Shown piece after piece: positions 13,443-27,434 of a stretch of 64,000 bases of DNA. The stretch's first letter is position 1; every line of letters starts with the position of its first letter. Where the stretch lies: NCBI GenBank assembly GCA_964016885.1, contig OZ024740.1, positions 414,098,001-414,162,000 on the forward strand. Reading direction: 5' to 3'. A program made the translations under genes and the position numbers. Source of the stretch: Eledone cirrhosa (lineage: Eukaryota). Below the pieces are notes generated by a model that saw only the letters and a program-made list of their open reading frames with translations, had not been told where the DNA came from and ran no database searches.

Positions 13443-13620
13443 CCGTATATACTCGTGTAATAGCCGATCTCTTGTAAACATATATCCCCTATTTTTGGCC
13501 AATACCACTGAAATTTTCCATAGACCTCGTATAAAAGTCGATCCTAGTATTTCACAGATAACAGGTCAACATTTGTGGGTCAAGATATCATCCTGTACCT
13601 AGATATAACACTGTTACAAA
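13443..13620 (+). mobile_element. Possible Tc2/pogo-like DNA transposon terminal fragment
   Basis: TA|CCGTATATACTCG..TAATAGCCGA terminus with reiterated ctcgtataaaagtcga motif, resembling Tc2-type TIRs. No matching second end found. Confidence 0.35.
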
Positions 13621-14020
13621 ATCGTCATAAATGTATGGTAAATATATATCCTGGCAAATACATGTGTCAAATTAAAGATTTACCAACGTGTGCCTTCTAG
13701 GTGGAATGTCTGCTGCTTATAGCCGAATACTCGCTACTTGTAGTAACACATAATAGCGAACACTACATTTCTGTTGAGGGATGCTACATCATCATTACTA
13801 AAATGCATGCCCAAGATATGCTGCAAGTCTGCAACCATTATATTTTGGGATTCTAGCTTACCATATTTGGTGGCCCATTGGACGTCCCTCCGCATAAGAC
13901 GCTCTTTCTTTTTTTAATTATATTTTACGTTATATTTTGACGTTTATAGGCATTTTTATGGACCACGTCCAATATTCGCGGTTTTTTCACTCTTCATGGG
14001 TGCTCTAAGAACGTAACCCT

Positions 14021-14353
<333 letters not shown>

Positions 14354-14455
14354 AACCAGTAAGACCCCGACAGCTGAGCTCAAGCCGTTTCGACGGCTAA
14401 TTCTGAGTACTTTGGTGCGTTATGGTCCACCTGGTTCCTTACCACATTTCCTTCG

Positions 14456-14509
<54 letters not shown>

Positions 14510-14548
14510 GTATGTGTGTATACATATGCATGTGTGTATATATATATA

Positions 14549-14757
14549 TAGTAATAATAATAAATGCGAAGACTAAAATCAAAGAGGGCTCGATAAGGAT
14601 AAATATATATCAAATATATAAGAACCGTAGATCAAATATTTATTAAAATAACCGATTAAAGTTTAAGCAAAGAATCGCTGCTTTCACTCTTAATGGGATC
14701 TTCTGCAAGGGTGAAAGCAGCGATTCCTTCCTTAAACTTTAATCTGTTATTTTAATA
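14549..14757 (-). mobile_element. Terminal fragment of the 7815-10405 Penelope-like family, partly folded back
   Basis: Shares 7815-7893 directly and 10338-10400 in both orientations. Confidence 0.7.
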
Positions 14758-16375
14758 TATAGAGAGCCAACAGTGTCGCCCATTGCACTCTCTCCCCTAG
14801 TCATTTATAGCTGTTTGGCCCATGGCTACTTATTCGTCCTGCATGAGGCCACATATATCAGCAAACAACCATATCGGGTTGCCAATATGGATCACTCACG
14901 ATCACCTATGACCCATTCCCCATCAGAAGAACTCTACCGAGAACTTTCCAGTTTAAATCTTATAAAATGAAACACATTCTGCACATTGGTCTGTACATCG
15001 CTTTCATAGATAGAACCACCCAACGTGATAAAAACCTTTCCTATAGAATTCATCTATAGGGGCCACGGACCTTCTTGGTAGGTGGAACCCTGTCTGGAAA
15101 GCCGGAGAGAAAGTAAAGGAGGATGCAGTACATGGCTCGCACTCTGTAGAGAGGCCAGCTAGAATATTATGAAGCCAGTGTATCAAAACAATTAATTTTA
15201 TCGTTAAATAACCTAGTTCATATTTTCATATGCATCCTTTATGTTTTTCTGTCCTTATGTTCTACTAATACACAACTTTTATACTTCCAATATTCGTGAT
15301 AATAGTTTAATTTCATTGCTAGAATTTTCCAATTACCTGCATTCTTTTCTGCAGTTTTTAATCTAGATTTATACACACTGAATATCAACTGCCTGAATCT
15401 CTTCGGAGTCGGCGTGGGTTTGTTAAAAATGGCATGGTCAGTACTGCCTCCCTTCTTACTAATAAATATAATCATATCTATTCCAATGTTAAGATTTTAG
15501 TTCTTATTTTTGTTTTCTTCATTAGCCTATGAGCCTCTTTTTTTTTTTTAAGAAATGAAATAGATAGCTTGTAGGATCGGGTTAATCATTTTTTAAGAGT
15601 TAATAGATCATAAACAGAATATGAACAAGATTTATTACCGAAGATTATATTTGATTTAACCTCAATGTTAATGGAATTAAGATAATAATCAAAACAGATA
15701 ACAAAAAGATACGCACTAAAATATAACTCTCTTATCTTCAACTAGCAAACTTCGTTAAACCTGTTTACTTCTTGCTAATACTACTGCCTCTTACCACCCA
15801 GACTCTGCATTGAAAACGTTATCCACTCCTATTTCTCTAAATCCTTTCGTCCCACCTATTTCTCTTCCCCTTGTTTCTCCTACGCTGTCTCCTCTCACAG
15901 AGTACATACTAAACACTCCAACTACTTCTTCCTTCTCCCGTCCTAGAACAACGGTCATATATATGCTTTCTCTGATTATGATTTTCCTACACATACCAAC
16001 TCATAATTTAGAGGTAAGTGAAACAGTTGAACGCGAATGAAATAGTAATATTGTGTGTCAGCAAATAGTAATAGCAAAACTTTTACAAAGTGGCTTAATT
16101 TAGTTATGTTTTTATATTTTGCGGGTGTAAATTCAAAAAGGCCTAATTTTATTTTTTGCAAAGAGAAATATCTCACTACAGAAACCAAACTACTATTGAG
16201 TTCTCCAAAATACTCAATATAGACAGAGTGGGTTGACATGTCCAGATAAAAGGATATTAACGACCTGACGAAAAATAAGAAAGGATCAATCTTCTTCGAT
16301 TTCTTCATTGAATTGATTCGAGGGTTAATCCATCTCACAAAACAGGAAAATAATCCATTATATATATAAGAAATG

Positions 16376-16592
16376 TGAAGGCTTGTGGCTGAGTGGTTAG
16401 AGAATTGGATTCACAATGTTGAGGTTGTGAGTCCGATTCCTGGACCGGGTGATGCGTTATGTCCTTGAGCAAGACACTTTATTTCACGTTGCTCCTTCTA
16501 CCTGGAGTTGCGTCCGATAGATACTATTACCAACTGGAAAGACCGACGAAAACATTGTTTCCTCGGTCCGATTTGACGAAAGTCGATCGATC
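16376..16592 (+). mobile_element. SINE family A
   Basis: tRNA-like head plus tgtccttgagcaagacactttatttcacg. Confidence 0.8.
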
Positions 16593-17391
16593 CTTTTATA
16601 TATAAGACTTGGCAACAGTAGGGTACATAGTGAGTAGTATTTTTAATATAAGAATTATAGTCAGCCAAGACTATATTTGATTCGCACGAAAAAGTACGAC
16701 TTTTGAGAGACATTATATCAGGTTGAGATGAGAGAGAAGAGTGATGAGATTACAGCAAGATTTTGATGCACGTCTAGTTGTCTAAAATTGATAAGAACTC
16801 TTGAAGATGTGAGAAGTTCACGCTCCTTCCTGAAACCATGAAAGAATGATGCTTCAAGAAAATAACTGTTTTGTCAGCTAACTCTCTATTTCTCTCTTTA
16901 CCCCTTCTCTCCTACCTCTTTTTTACTCTTTCTTTCTCTCACTCTTTTTCTCTCTCCCATTCTTTCTTTTTTATCCTTCCTTTCTTACAAACTCTCTCTC
17001 TCTCTCTCTCTCTCTTGCTCTCTCTCTCTTGCTCTCTCTCTTGCTCTCTCTCTTTCTTGCTCTCTCTCCCTCTCACTCTCTCAATCAGTCAACGTGTATG
17101 TGTGTGTGTGAACGTGTGTAAACGTTCGTGGCCTGTAGATGTTCTGTAAACAAGACCATCTAATTGCATCTTAGTTAGCATTAGAAGTTATAACCATCAG
17201 CCAAACTATGCTGCTTAACAGAATGGCTCTCGCTGTGCTTCTGAATGAATACGAGATTTAGGCCACACTTGGTCTAACCGGATCGAGAAACATTGCTATA
17301 TTGTTAAAGAAAAACCTAGATCTTGTGATGTACCATGAAAAAAAGTGCCCCAAAACGGAGAGAAATGAGGCAAAATGGGGAGATTTTACAT

Positions 17392-17573
17392 AATGGTTTC
17401 TTATATAGGCATAAGGCCAGCAATTTTGGGGGAGGGGAAAGTCGATTAAATCTACTCCAGTGCGTGACTGGTACTTTATTTTATCGACCCCGTAAGGATG
17501 AAAAGCAAAGTTAACCTTGGCGGGATTTGAACTCAGTGTCCAACCCTCTACCGATACTGCCAATCCACCGCCA
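17392..17573 (-). mobile_element. SINE family B
   Basis: Matches the family B consensus, with an internal deletion. Confidence 0.8.
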
Positions 17574-18180
17574 TAATGAAAGCTATACCCATTTTCAAAG
17601 TGGGTGGGAGATCTCCTCGTCGGACGGGGAGAGTTGACAGGTCTGAAGTAATGACACTGATTAGAATTCTAAAAATTAAAGTTGTGGATGTGTTCTGCAT
17701 GCTAAATTAGTTCTCATATATGTAATACGAATTGAAAAACAGCGATTAACTGAGGTTATCCTTAAAATGTGTTGACAAAACTCCCTTTAAAATCGAAACC
17801 AACTAAAAAGGAAGATAATTCCCATAATATAATTTAAAGGCGAGTCAATTATTAGTGTATCTTTCTTTTTAAAGACAATTACTGTGGTCAATTTAATGTT
17901 ATATCCCCTTCACTAAATTGTATGGATTTGAGCCAATTTCAAAAAAATATCTGTAAGTGTTATGGATAGACAGTATATATAACAACAGAGAAAATATGTC
18001 TTATTTTTAATTTACGGTGCCCCGGGGAATTTATATTTTGAAAATACATTAACCACAATGTTATATATGATAATTCGTAACTTTAAATAGTAGTTCAATA
18101 ATTCACATAAACTACTCGAGAAAAAGTGAACAAAGTTCGTTTCCAGCAGCCATCTCTGTTTCCAGGAATATTGTATTTAT

Positions 18181-19036
18181 CCGCAAGGAAGAAAGATAAA
18201 GCTAGCCTCGGTGGGATTTGAATTCAGAACGTAAAGGGATGTAATTCCATGCCACAAAGCATGTTGTCCGACGCTTTACCTATACTGCCAATCCATCTTA
18301 AATAATTGTTTCTACTTTTGGCACAAGGCCAACAATTACTCAATGCATTACTGGTACTTTATTTCATCGACCCCATAAGGATGAAAGGCAAAGTTAACCT
18401 CGGCGGGATTTGAACTAGGATCGTAAAGGGGCGTAACTATACTGTAAAAAATCATCTCTGACCCTCTACCGATACTGCTAATTCACCGCCCAATTCACTA
18501 TAAATAATTGTTTCTACTTTTGGCACAAAGCCAGAAATTATCCAGTGCATTACTGGTACTTTATTTTATCGACCCTGTAAGGATGAAAGGCAAAGCTAGC
18601 CTCGGTGGGATTATAAATAATGTTTGTTGTTTTCAGGAATATTGTATTTATAATTAATTGGGTAATTGCTGGCCTTGTGCCTAAAATAGAAACAATTATT
18701 TATAATCCCGCCGAGGTTAACTTTGCCTTTCATCCTTACAGGGTCGATAAAATAAAGTACCAGTAATGCACTGAGTAATTGCTGGCCTTGTGCCAAATGT
18801 AGAAACAATTAATTATATTGAAGATGGATTGACAGTATAGGTAAAGCGTCGCACAACATGCTTTGTGGCATGCAATTACATCCCTTTATGTTCTGAATTC
18901 AAATCCCACCGAGGCTAGCTTTATCTTTCTTCCTTACGGAGTCGATAAATAAAGAACCAGTAACTAACTGGCGTCGGTTTAATCGACTCCCCCTCACCAA
19001 AAATGGTTTGCCTTGTGCCTAAATCAGAAACTATTA
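18181..19036. repeat. Cluster of SINE B copies forming an inverted repeat
   Basis: Minus-strand tandem copies at 18181-18610 and plus-strand copies at 18660-19036. Arms 18181-18410 and 18703-18939 are reverse complements. Confidence 0.8.
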
Positions 19037-19797
19037 TTTATAGTGATCTATATTTTATTGCAAAATTTACCTTTGATTTCATCCCCACTGGGTTCGATTT
19101 ACTAATATAATATTGATATTTACCTGTTGCCCAAAGTCATAATATTGCAGTAAACTGGTGTACACCATAGCATCGATGCAAGTATATGTCTTATTTGACC
19201 TCAGTGAAATAAAAGATAGCGTCAACCACATCCTGATTTGAACTGAGAACATGTCCGTAAAATATCACAAATGTATTTGGTTAAACATTCCTCTATATCT
19301 GCAATTCCACAATTCAATTAGACTGACGAGCATTGGAGACGCCAAGGCGGCATTTTCATTTGTTTTTTTGTATTTTTTGTTGTTTTTATTTCGTTTTTGT
19401 TGCTGTTTTTAATTGTTTTTATTTTGTTTGGGGATTTGGTTCAATTATTGTTAATATATTTATATTTATTGCACATCCGTTCTCGTAAATAATACCGATT
19501 TAAACAAATCTTCTTCCTGTATTTGTTCGTTCTTAATAGGATTTTTAAAGTGAAATATCTAATTGATGACTGTTATCAAACATATATACCTACTTCAGGA
19601 AATATCACATGCAACACACATACTTTCACATCATATTAATTGTCAAAGATTATATATATATATGTGTGTCTATGTGTATGTGTATACATGTTGATTGCTA
19701 CTTCGTGTGCCATCACCCCCCCCCCCCTCTCAAAAGGGGGAACCTAATAAACCTTTATTTGTCTGCCTCTCTGTTTTGTTCCCGTATAAATTTGCAC

Positions 19798-19888
19798 TAT
19801 ATATATATATATATAACATATATATATATATATATACATATATATGTATATATATATATATAAATATATATATATATGTATATATATG

Positions 19889-19921
<33 letters not shown>

Positions 19922-19950
19922 GTATATATATATGTATATATATATATATA

Positions 19951-19993
<43 letters not shown>

Positions 19994-20038
19994 GTATATA
20001 TATGTATATATATATGTATATATATGTATATATATATG

Positions 20039-20069
<31 letters not shown>

Positions 20070-20071
20070 GT

Positions 20072-20103
<32 letters not shown>

Positions 20104-20133
20104 GTATATGTATATATATATATATGTATGTAT

Positions 20134-20203
<70 letters not shown>

Positions 20204-20232
20204 GTATATATATATATATGTATATATATATG

Positions 20233-20306
<74 letters not shown>

Positions 20307-20308
20307 TG

Positions 20309-20339
<31 letters not shown>

Positions 20340-20364
20340 CTATATATATATATATATATATATA
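19798..20364. repeat. Long (TA)n/(TATG) compound microsatellite
   Basis: Visible directly in the sequence; source of several spurious YI-repeat ORFs. Confidence 0.95.
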
Positions 20365-20377
20365 TGGCGGCGATGAA

Positions 20378-23086
20378 TTAGTTTTGCGAGGTTTTTTATA
20401 TGAAATCGTGTGTCGAAACAAATATTGTCACACTTGGGGAGGGCCACATCTGTGCAACACCGCCAGAATCAACAACAGAACACACTCACTGTTTGGTTGG
20501 TTTTCGCTTCTCGCTTCTGTGTCTTTTATATCGGCAATCTAACTTACTCGGTCCTCAATGTTGCCATTGACTGACCGGCGGTCAAAAATAACACAGATAC
20601 AATATAGACACAAACACATATATATAGTTTATCATAAATCTTTCGTTGCACATCTGCAACATCGTCAGTGGTGCTATATTTTCCTCCCGTTGTATTGTAT
20701 GTCTATGCCATTTTTATTCAGTCTGTCTATATATTTATTTATTTATTTGCTTGTTTGTTTATTTTATTTTGTCTTCTTTGCGCATGTGTTTGCGTGTGTG
20801 TATAGTGTTTTGTTTGCTGTGTAATGGGTGACTAGTGTGTGTTTATGTGCGTGTTGTTATTGTGCTTGTGTATGTATTTATTTATTTATTTATTTATTTT
20901 ATTTTATTTACTTATTTATACTTCTCTTAGGTCAGTGTTGTTTGTTTGGGTGTTGTTGTTATTCCATTCATTCTTTCTGTTTAGCCTTGGTCTTCTAATT
21001 TCTATTTCTCTGGCCTCTCTGATTTGCCTATCTGCTGGGTCATTTCTTTGTTTAGATATTATTCTAATTTCTATGTTGTCTATGTTACCGTCATGTTGTT
21101 GTCTAGCATGTTTGTATAGTACTGACCCGTTTTTTTGTCCTTTTAGTTCCCCCAGTCTTGGTCTATCCTTTCACCTATGCTACGAGCTGTCTCACCTATG
21201 TATGTTGTTGTCATGTTTCTGCAAGTACCCTCTGTACATCTTATGCTATAGACTACGTTTCTAGTTTTACAGTTTATCCGGGGGTTCACCTTACATATGA
21301 TACATTTCCTATTGGTACAGTGGGTTTTCTTAAAACGGTAGGTTTTTCTGATCAGGGATTTTATGGTGGTTCCTGGCTTTTCTACCACCTTTATTTTTAA
21401 GTGGGTCTTTCTCAGGGCCTTTCTACACTAGTTAGCTAATTTCCCTCCAGGGGTAGCGTCCACAAACATGACACTCTGGTATCTCTGGTTGTCGTACCAT
21501 GAGGTGGCTTTCCCTATCTTATGTCTAGCCCTATCTAAGCTATTCCATGATTTGCTCCTGTATAATGGGCAAATTCCTTTCATGTCCAGTTCTATGAGGG
21601 TCTTATACTTCTCCATGGCTCCTTCGTATACTCTGACTCGGTCTCTTTGGTTGTAGCCAGAGAACTGCATGCGGTTGATGAAGTGTTGGATGTTTCTTTC
21701 CATTTCTGTTGGGTCGCACATGCGGGACACATTCTTCATCACTCGTACCAAATCTGCGATCAGAATATTAAACTTAGCACTACTGGACATTGCTGAGTTT
21801 TTGAGTATCAGGTATTTGGAGGCCATGGGTTTAGCATAGTGTGAGTGGAGAATTTGGGCTCTCTCGTCTATAGTGTTAATCCAGAGTTCTGTGTCTAATA
21901 CAGGTAGTCTATTGTTAGGGTGTTTGGAAGGGAAGTCGATAGTTACAGTTATACTCTGGTGTATGGAATTAGCTATCTGCTGGATGCTTTCCATCATGCT
22001 ACGTTCTAAATCAAACTTGTTAGTGCTCTCCAGTGGGGGTGTTATTATAACTATATTGATATCGTCTACATAACGAGAGTACATAATGAGGTCTATGGAG
22101 CTCTCATTAAGGAGATCTTTAAGTCTCCTTTCCCACCATACCATGAAAAGGTTGGCAACATCACCAGCTATGCTGACGCCGATGGCTGCTCCCTCATTTT
22201 GGGTGTAGACCTTCTCGTTGAACTTAAATACGTGGCCCTTTAGGGTAGTTTTGATACTAGCCCCTATTGCATGTGCGACCATTTTTCTTACCTGATCATT
22301 GTTTTGGGGGGTCCGTATAGCTTTGGTCCACCCAATCCACCTTCCCATGGGAGTCTTTTTTGCCATTGAGGTTATGGTGCTGGGTCTATCTCTTATATGT
22401 CTACTAGAGCAGAAACGTCTAAGGTCATGGCTGTCTAGGTAGTCAGTGTCGTAGGTAAGTCTAAGTAGGAGGCCCAGTTCGTCTGTGTCGACGTCGCAGA
22501 ACTCCACCTCACTCTCAATGATCATCTCCACACATCTTTTCACAGCAAAATCAATGTTAATGGATGGGTACAGTGACACCACATCCATGCTGCCTATTAT
22601 GCAGTTGGATAGGTTCCTGTTTTTGTTGCACTCACTGATTCTGCTGAGGAGGTCCTCTGTACTATCACATACATCTGGGGACATCTTGATTATGGGGCGT
22701 ATAACCATTGAGAGGAAATAGTAGATCCTGTAGTTGCTAGCTATATTAGCTCCGCATACGGTGGTCCTGTTGTCGGGTCGTCGACTGTCTTGTGGTCTTT
22801 GCGGAGCCCATACAAGGGTGGTATGCCATTGTTAGACGCCTGGAAGTTGTTGGCAGTGCGTCTGCTTGGCTTTAGGATGTCAGTCCACATCATCATGTGA
22901 GCGTTGAGGATTTTCTCTCTCCCATCGTGTGTTTGTTGTGCAATTTCGCTCGTGTTGGTGATGCGGGGTTGCATAGCCTCGATCTAATTCGGCATGCTAT
23001 CTATTGACATCCTACCAGACTTATCCGTGGGTAGACATACTACCTCACCATCCCTTGTGCGCTGCTTGAGGCTAACCAAGCCTTCT
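20378..23086 (-). mobile_element. Penelope-like element (non-Naiad, Neptune/Nematis-like), 5' end truncated at the RTE
   Basis: RT and GIY-YIG ORF pieces. The 3' non-coding end (20378-20660) is homologous to 46520-46930 and contains a hammerhead-like core at about 20620-20678. Confidence 0.85.
21143..23086 (-). pseudogene. PLE reverse transcriptase and GIY-YIG endonuclease (frameshifted)
   Basis: PTDKSG, LYGLRKDHK, SMDVVSLYPSI, Q.EGAAIG, YSRYVDDI, LPVLD, YAKP, then CIIC...C..RNVVYSIRC...C..YIGETARS. Confidence 0.9.
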
Positions 23087-23551
23087 ACAGGTTTCCTCAC
23101 AAGTCTTCTAGGAGAAGGCAGCTCAGGAAACTGGGTTAACTCCGATATAAAACCTGCGGCTCAGTAGTTACCGATGATGTTGATCTTTTCTTCTTTTCGG
23201 GTTATAGCTACTGTCGCTCAGAGAGTGGGATTGGCTCAGTGCACAGTCTTTCCTCACTTTAAAAATATTCGTCACGCACAGGCATTGCACGATTGCATTA
23301 ATTAATAATGTATTATCATTATTATTATTATTATTGAATGCTATGGTTGACGGAGGCTCGGCTCTGTAAGGTATTGTAAATTTTGACCGCTATAACAATT
23401 GTAAATTGTTTAAAACTTTAACCAACTTGGAGACAAAAACACCCTCCTCCTCGTGAGAGGGGTCTTTCTGTCCGTTATTTGGCCCTTCGGGGTTAAATAA
23501 CCGCTTATTGTGGTTTTGTGCCCAATATTTATTTTAAACAAAAAAAAAAAC

Positions 23552-23928
23552 ATGGCTATAAAAAATAATTTTCATAGGTCACTCCCACTCATTCCGTCTT
23601 CTTCTTCCTCAATCGTCACTACAGCAGAGAGAAGATTGTCTCTATCCCTCCCTTCTCTAAATGTGTCTCTGTCCCTCCCTTCTCTTTCGCAAGCGACGCC
23701 AGAAAAGAAAAATCACGTGAAAAGCGTGCAAGATTTCTCCACGACGACGACGACAACGACGAAAAAGGTGTGCGGGAAATACGAAAACCCATTTCATTCG
23801 TCTGACGTCAGGAATAATAGCAGTAGCAGCCGTAATAACAGCAGCAGCAGCAACAGTGACGAGGAAAACAAAAGTAGCAGCCGCAACAGCATCAGCAGCA
23901 GCATAAGCAACAACAGCATTAGCAGCAA

Positions 23929-23960
<32 letters not shown>

Positions 23961-25703
23961 ACAACAACCACAGCAACAGCGGCGGCGGCAGTAGTCTTAG
24001 TACCTGCAGCAACAACAAAAGTAACAGCAACTCTGACGACAACAACAACAACAACAACAATAACAACAGCAGCAAAGAAAAACCAATCTCCTTTGCAGGT
24101 ATCGCAAAGAACTTGGAAACCATCCTTATAACAAATGAGGAATTAGAGGAAGCGAAGAAGATGGTGACGAAAACCGGACACCGAGCAATCTGCAAGGCAG
24201 CCGAAAAATCTTTCGAAACCCAACAGCACTGTACGGTCACGTACCGTACAGTAAGCACAAAATCCCGTAGGGTTGAAAGAGCCACAGAGGCTCAAATACA
24301 AAAAGCCTTAGGGTCTGTGTGGCAGCGGAAAACGCACATCACCCGAGGCAAAAAATATGCCACCGTAGACGTGCTTTTTGCCACACCCCAGGAAGCAAAA
24401 TGACCCTAAGGAGCGAGGAAATGGTGTTGGTGCCCTCCTACTGTGGGCAAAAAATTGTGAGGGTCAAACTGACCCACATCCCACCCGGGATGGCCCCTTC
24501 TTGGCTGGCCGCGTCTGTCCTCGTCGGAATCGAGGACAAAACAACTGTACTGCAAGTACAGAAAAAAGTAAGCGAAGATTGGATCGGCACCTCCATTGAG
24601 ATGTTAATCCAAACCAACCAGGAGTGCATCGAAGCTATCCCGGGTGTGATAGACTTCGATAACGGCACTCAACTGCCCATTAGTGTTGAGGGCAAACGCC
24701 CGAAATGCTTTCGCTGTGGATCGAAGACTCACCTAAGGGCCTTCTGCAACGAGAAGACCCTGAGAAAGGAGAAAACCCCCCTCCTTCCGAAACCGGCTCC
24801 ACGGCTATCAGCAACAGGACAAGCGGCAACCAGGAACGATAGGTCCGTGGCACCCATACCCACGCCACGGAAATCAAAAACAGCAGCAGCAGTGGAAGTA
24901 TTAACAACAACAACAGTAATACCAAATGCAGCTGCAACAGAGACTCCAGTGCAAACATCACCAACAACAACAAGTGAAAGAGTGGAGCTGGTACCCCTCC
25001 CCGACCTCACAGAATCAGAAATGGAGTGTAAGGTGGGATAGGGATGGCAAAAGATCGTAAGAAGGCACAAACGCAGAAGCAGCGCATCGTCGCCTTCGAA
25101 AAGGGAGGAAAGAAATAAAAAAAGGGTAAAGGCTACTGCAAAGAGACTCACAGCAGCAACACCACCAACACCATCACCACCCACACTAGCACCACCATCA
25201 CCACCGGCGACAACCCCACCGGCGACAACCCCACCGCCAACAACAATAACACCTTCAACACCACCACCACTAGCACCAACATCGCAAACACAACAACAAA
25301 ACACACACACCCAGCAACGACAAGAAAATAGCAGAACCATAGCCCACCCCAGAAAAAAAAATGCACGGCAATAAATACACACAACAAGAAACTAATGACT
25401 TACATAATTGAACACACAGACATTTTACAGCACGACTACATTATACCAGCACCAATCAAAACGCCAACTAACATAAGACTGCTAAAAATAGCACAGAAAC
25501 AATACCCAAACATTAAAACGAAATTCCCCAACGCAGTTGGTGATTTCAGAGACCTAGGTAGGTCTCTCAACCGGAGAGTATATTCCAACATACTCATAGA
25601 AGAGCCGACGACTAGCCGAAGGGACGATTCAACGGTCCCTTCACCAGCCGACCAAGTGAAAAGGGATAGAAAAACCATCCTTCCTCTACGAAAAGTACGG
25701 TAA
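23552..25703 (+). pseudogene. Tx1-type ORF1 (gag-like, CCHC knuckle), disrupted
   Basis: CFRCGSKTHLRAFC knuckle; ~13-nt deletion near 24400, TAG at 25039, and a further frameshift near 25360. Confidence 0.8.
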
Positions 25704-25739
25704 GTGGTTTTTCCCATCTTTTCCACTCTATTTTAAACA

Positions 25740-27434
25740 TGACCTCACTCAGAATAGGCAGCATAAATGCGCGTTGCTTGGGGTCGTCATGGAAGCAGGG
25801 TCACCTGCCCAACCACCTCAGTCCTGAGGGCGGCTGGCTTTAGGCCCGTCTTCAGAGGCTGGATCGCTGCCATGCACAGCAACATCTGCTCTGTGGTGAG
25901 AGTGAATGGTCACCTTTCGGAACCGCACAACATCATGCGCTCGGTCCGCCAAGGATGTCCCCTCTCGTCCCTCTTGTACGTATTGACTCTCGAGCCATTA
26001 CTGCACAAACTGGAGACGTTGAGGGGCGTCCCGCGCGAACTAGGATGTGGAAGATCCGTGTCAGCATATGCGGACGATGTCACCGTAGTGGTGTCGAACG
26101 CCAAACACATCGAGGCGATCGGCACTACACTAAGAGAATACGAAGCGGTGACAGGAGCAATGATCAACCAGGAAAAGTCAGTGGGCCTGCAGCTCGGCAC
26201 CTGGAGAGGCAGGTCCATGCCGTCCAACAGCGTCGTCAGACGCTTGACGGACGGACCGGTTAAATTGCTAGGGGTCTGGTTCGGTCCGGACCTCCAGACG
26301 GACAAAAACTGGGACGAGGTGACGAGCAGGGTGGCTTCTCTCACCCAGAAATGGGCGGAGAGGAAGCTATCCCTGAAAGGTCGAGCGGTGGTGGCTAACG
26401 CGTACATCGCGTCTGTCATCTGCTACCGCCTAACCGTCGTACCTTGTCCTAAGCCCCGCCTGACTGCGGTGGAGCGTTTGCTCTTTCGCTTTTTGTGGAA
26501 GGGACGCGCTCCGATGGTCAGGCGGTCCATCTGCTGTCAACACCCGCTACGTGGAGGGCTGGGAATGCCGTGGCTGATGATGCGCAGACACGTGCTCAGG
26601 CTACGTGATCTCCACCTCTTCCTCGACGGTGATCAGGTGTGGTCGCCGTTTGCTAGACACGTATTTCCCCAGCTCGTTTCCTTGACGGAGCTGCAGTCCT
26701 GGGTCAGGCGAAGACCGAGAGGGAGCGCCTGGAGACTGGAATGTCTTCAGGCGCTCACAGCCCTCGACCAATCGGGCAATGTGACTGGTGGAAACTCCAC
26801 CTCGGCGTTCTATAGAGGATTAGGGGAGGGGAAGAGGGACGACGTACTTGGGGAAACTCTAGGCGTCGACGAAATTCAACTAGCCAATCTCTTCGGAAGA
26901 ACTTTCGGGCCGGGACCTATGGACAACTTCCAGAAATCTCTGGCCTGGCAGTGCTACCGAGGAGCCTTGCCAGTTCGGGATAAACTCTACAGGCATGGAG
27001 GTGCCGTTTGCCGGGCATGTCCGAGATGCGCGCAGGGTGACGAAACCGTCCTGCACGCACTCGTCCAGTGTCCGAAAATTGCTGACTTGTGGGTTTATGT
27101 CGAACACCTGCTGTCGCGTGTAGGACGGATCCGGCTATCATCTGAGTCCATCGTGAGGATTGCCCCGCCCTCCCCCTTTAGCCGGGAAGGGCAGGCAGTT
27201 TTTATCTGTCTGGTGGTCATGGCGAAAGAGATAGTATGGTGGACACGTTTGAAAGGGCTGAAGACGAGCACTTACCTCTTCGGTGATGCTCTGATTGACT
27301 TTTTCAAATTTCATTTGAAAAGGAAAATCAGAGTAGAGAGGGAAGTGCTCTCTTCCCAGCATTTTGTTGAAAGATGGGTGAGAGAAGCAAGAATGGCCCG
27401 AGTGAATGGGCCTACTCTGAGTATATATCTGTAA
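25740..27434 (+). pseudogene. Tx1-type ORF2 with endonuclease and N-terminal RT deleted
   Basis: Sequence jumps at about 25820 from the equivalent of 30102 to 31829 in copy 2. Retains QGCPLS, YADD and the C-terminal CCHC motif. Confidence 0.9.

Noticed and set aside
14773-15780. Possible old retroelement coding remnant (NKPT-like motif, minus strand)
   Set aside because: Too degenerate to assign without a profile search.
16376-16450. tRNA genes at SINE heads
   Set aside because: A/B boxes are present, but they run into SINE body sequence and lack a complete cloverleaf.
19609-20542. Long YI/IY/CV-repeat ORFs here and at 14 kb, 49 kb, 52-53 kb, 59 kb and 61 kb
   Set aside because: They are translations of (TA)n/(TG)n microsatellites, which lack stop codons in some frames.
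23087-23200. HDV-like or twister ribozyme in the RTE 5' UTR
   Set aside because: Only one short stem (actgggt/gctcagt) could be formed, and the required pseudoknots were not found by eye.
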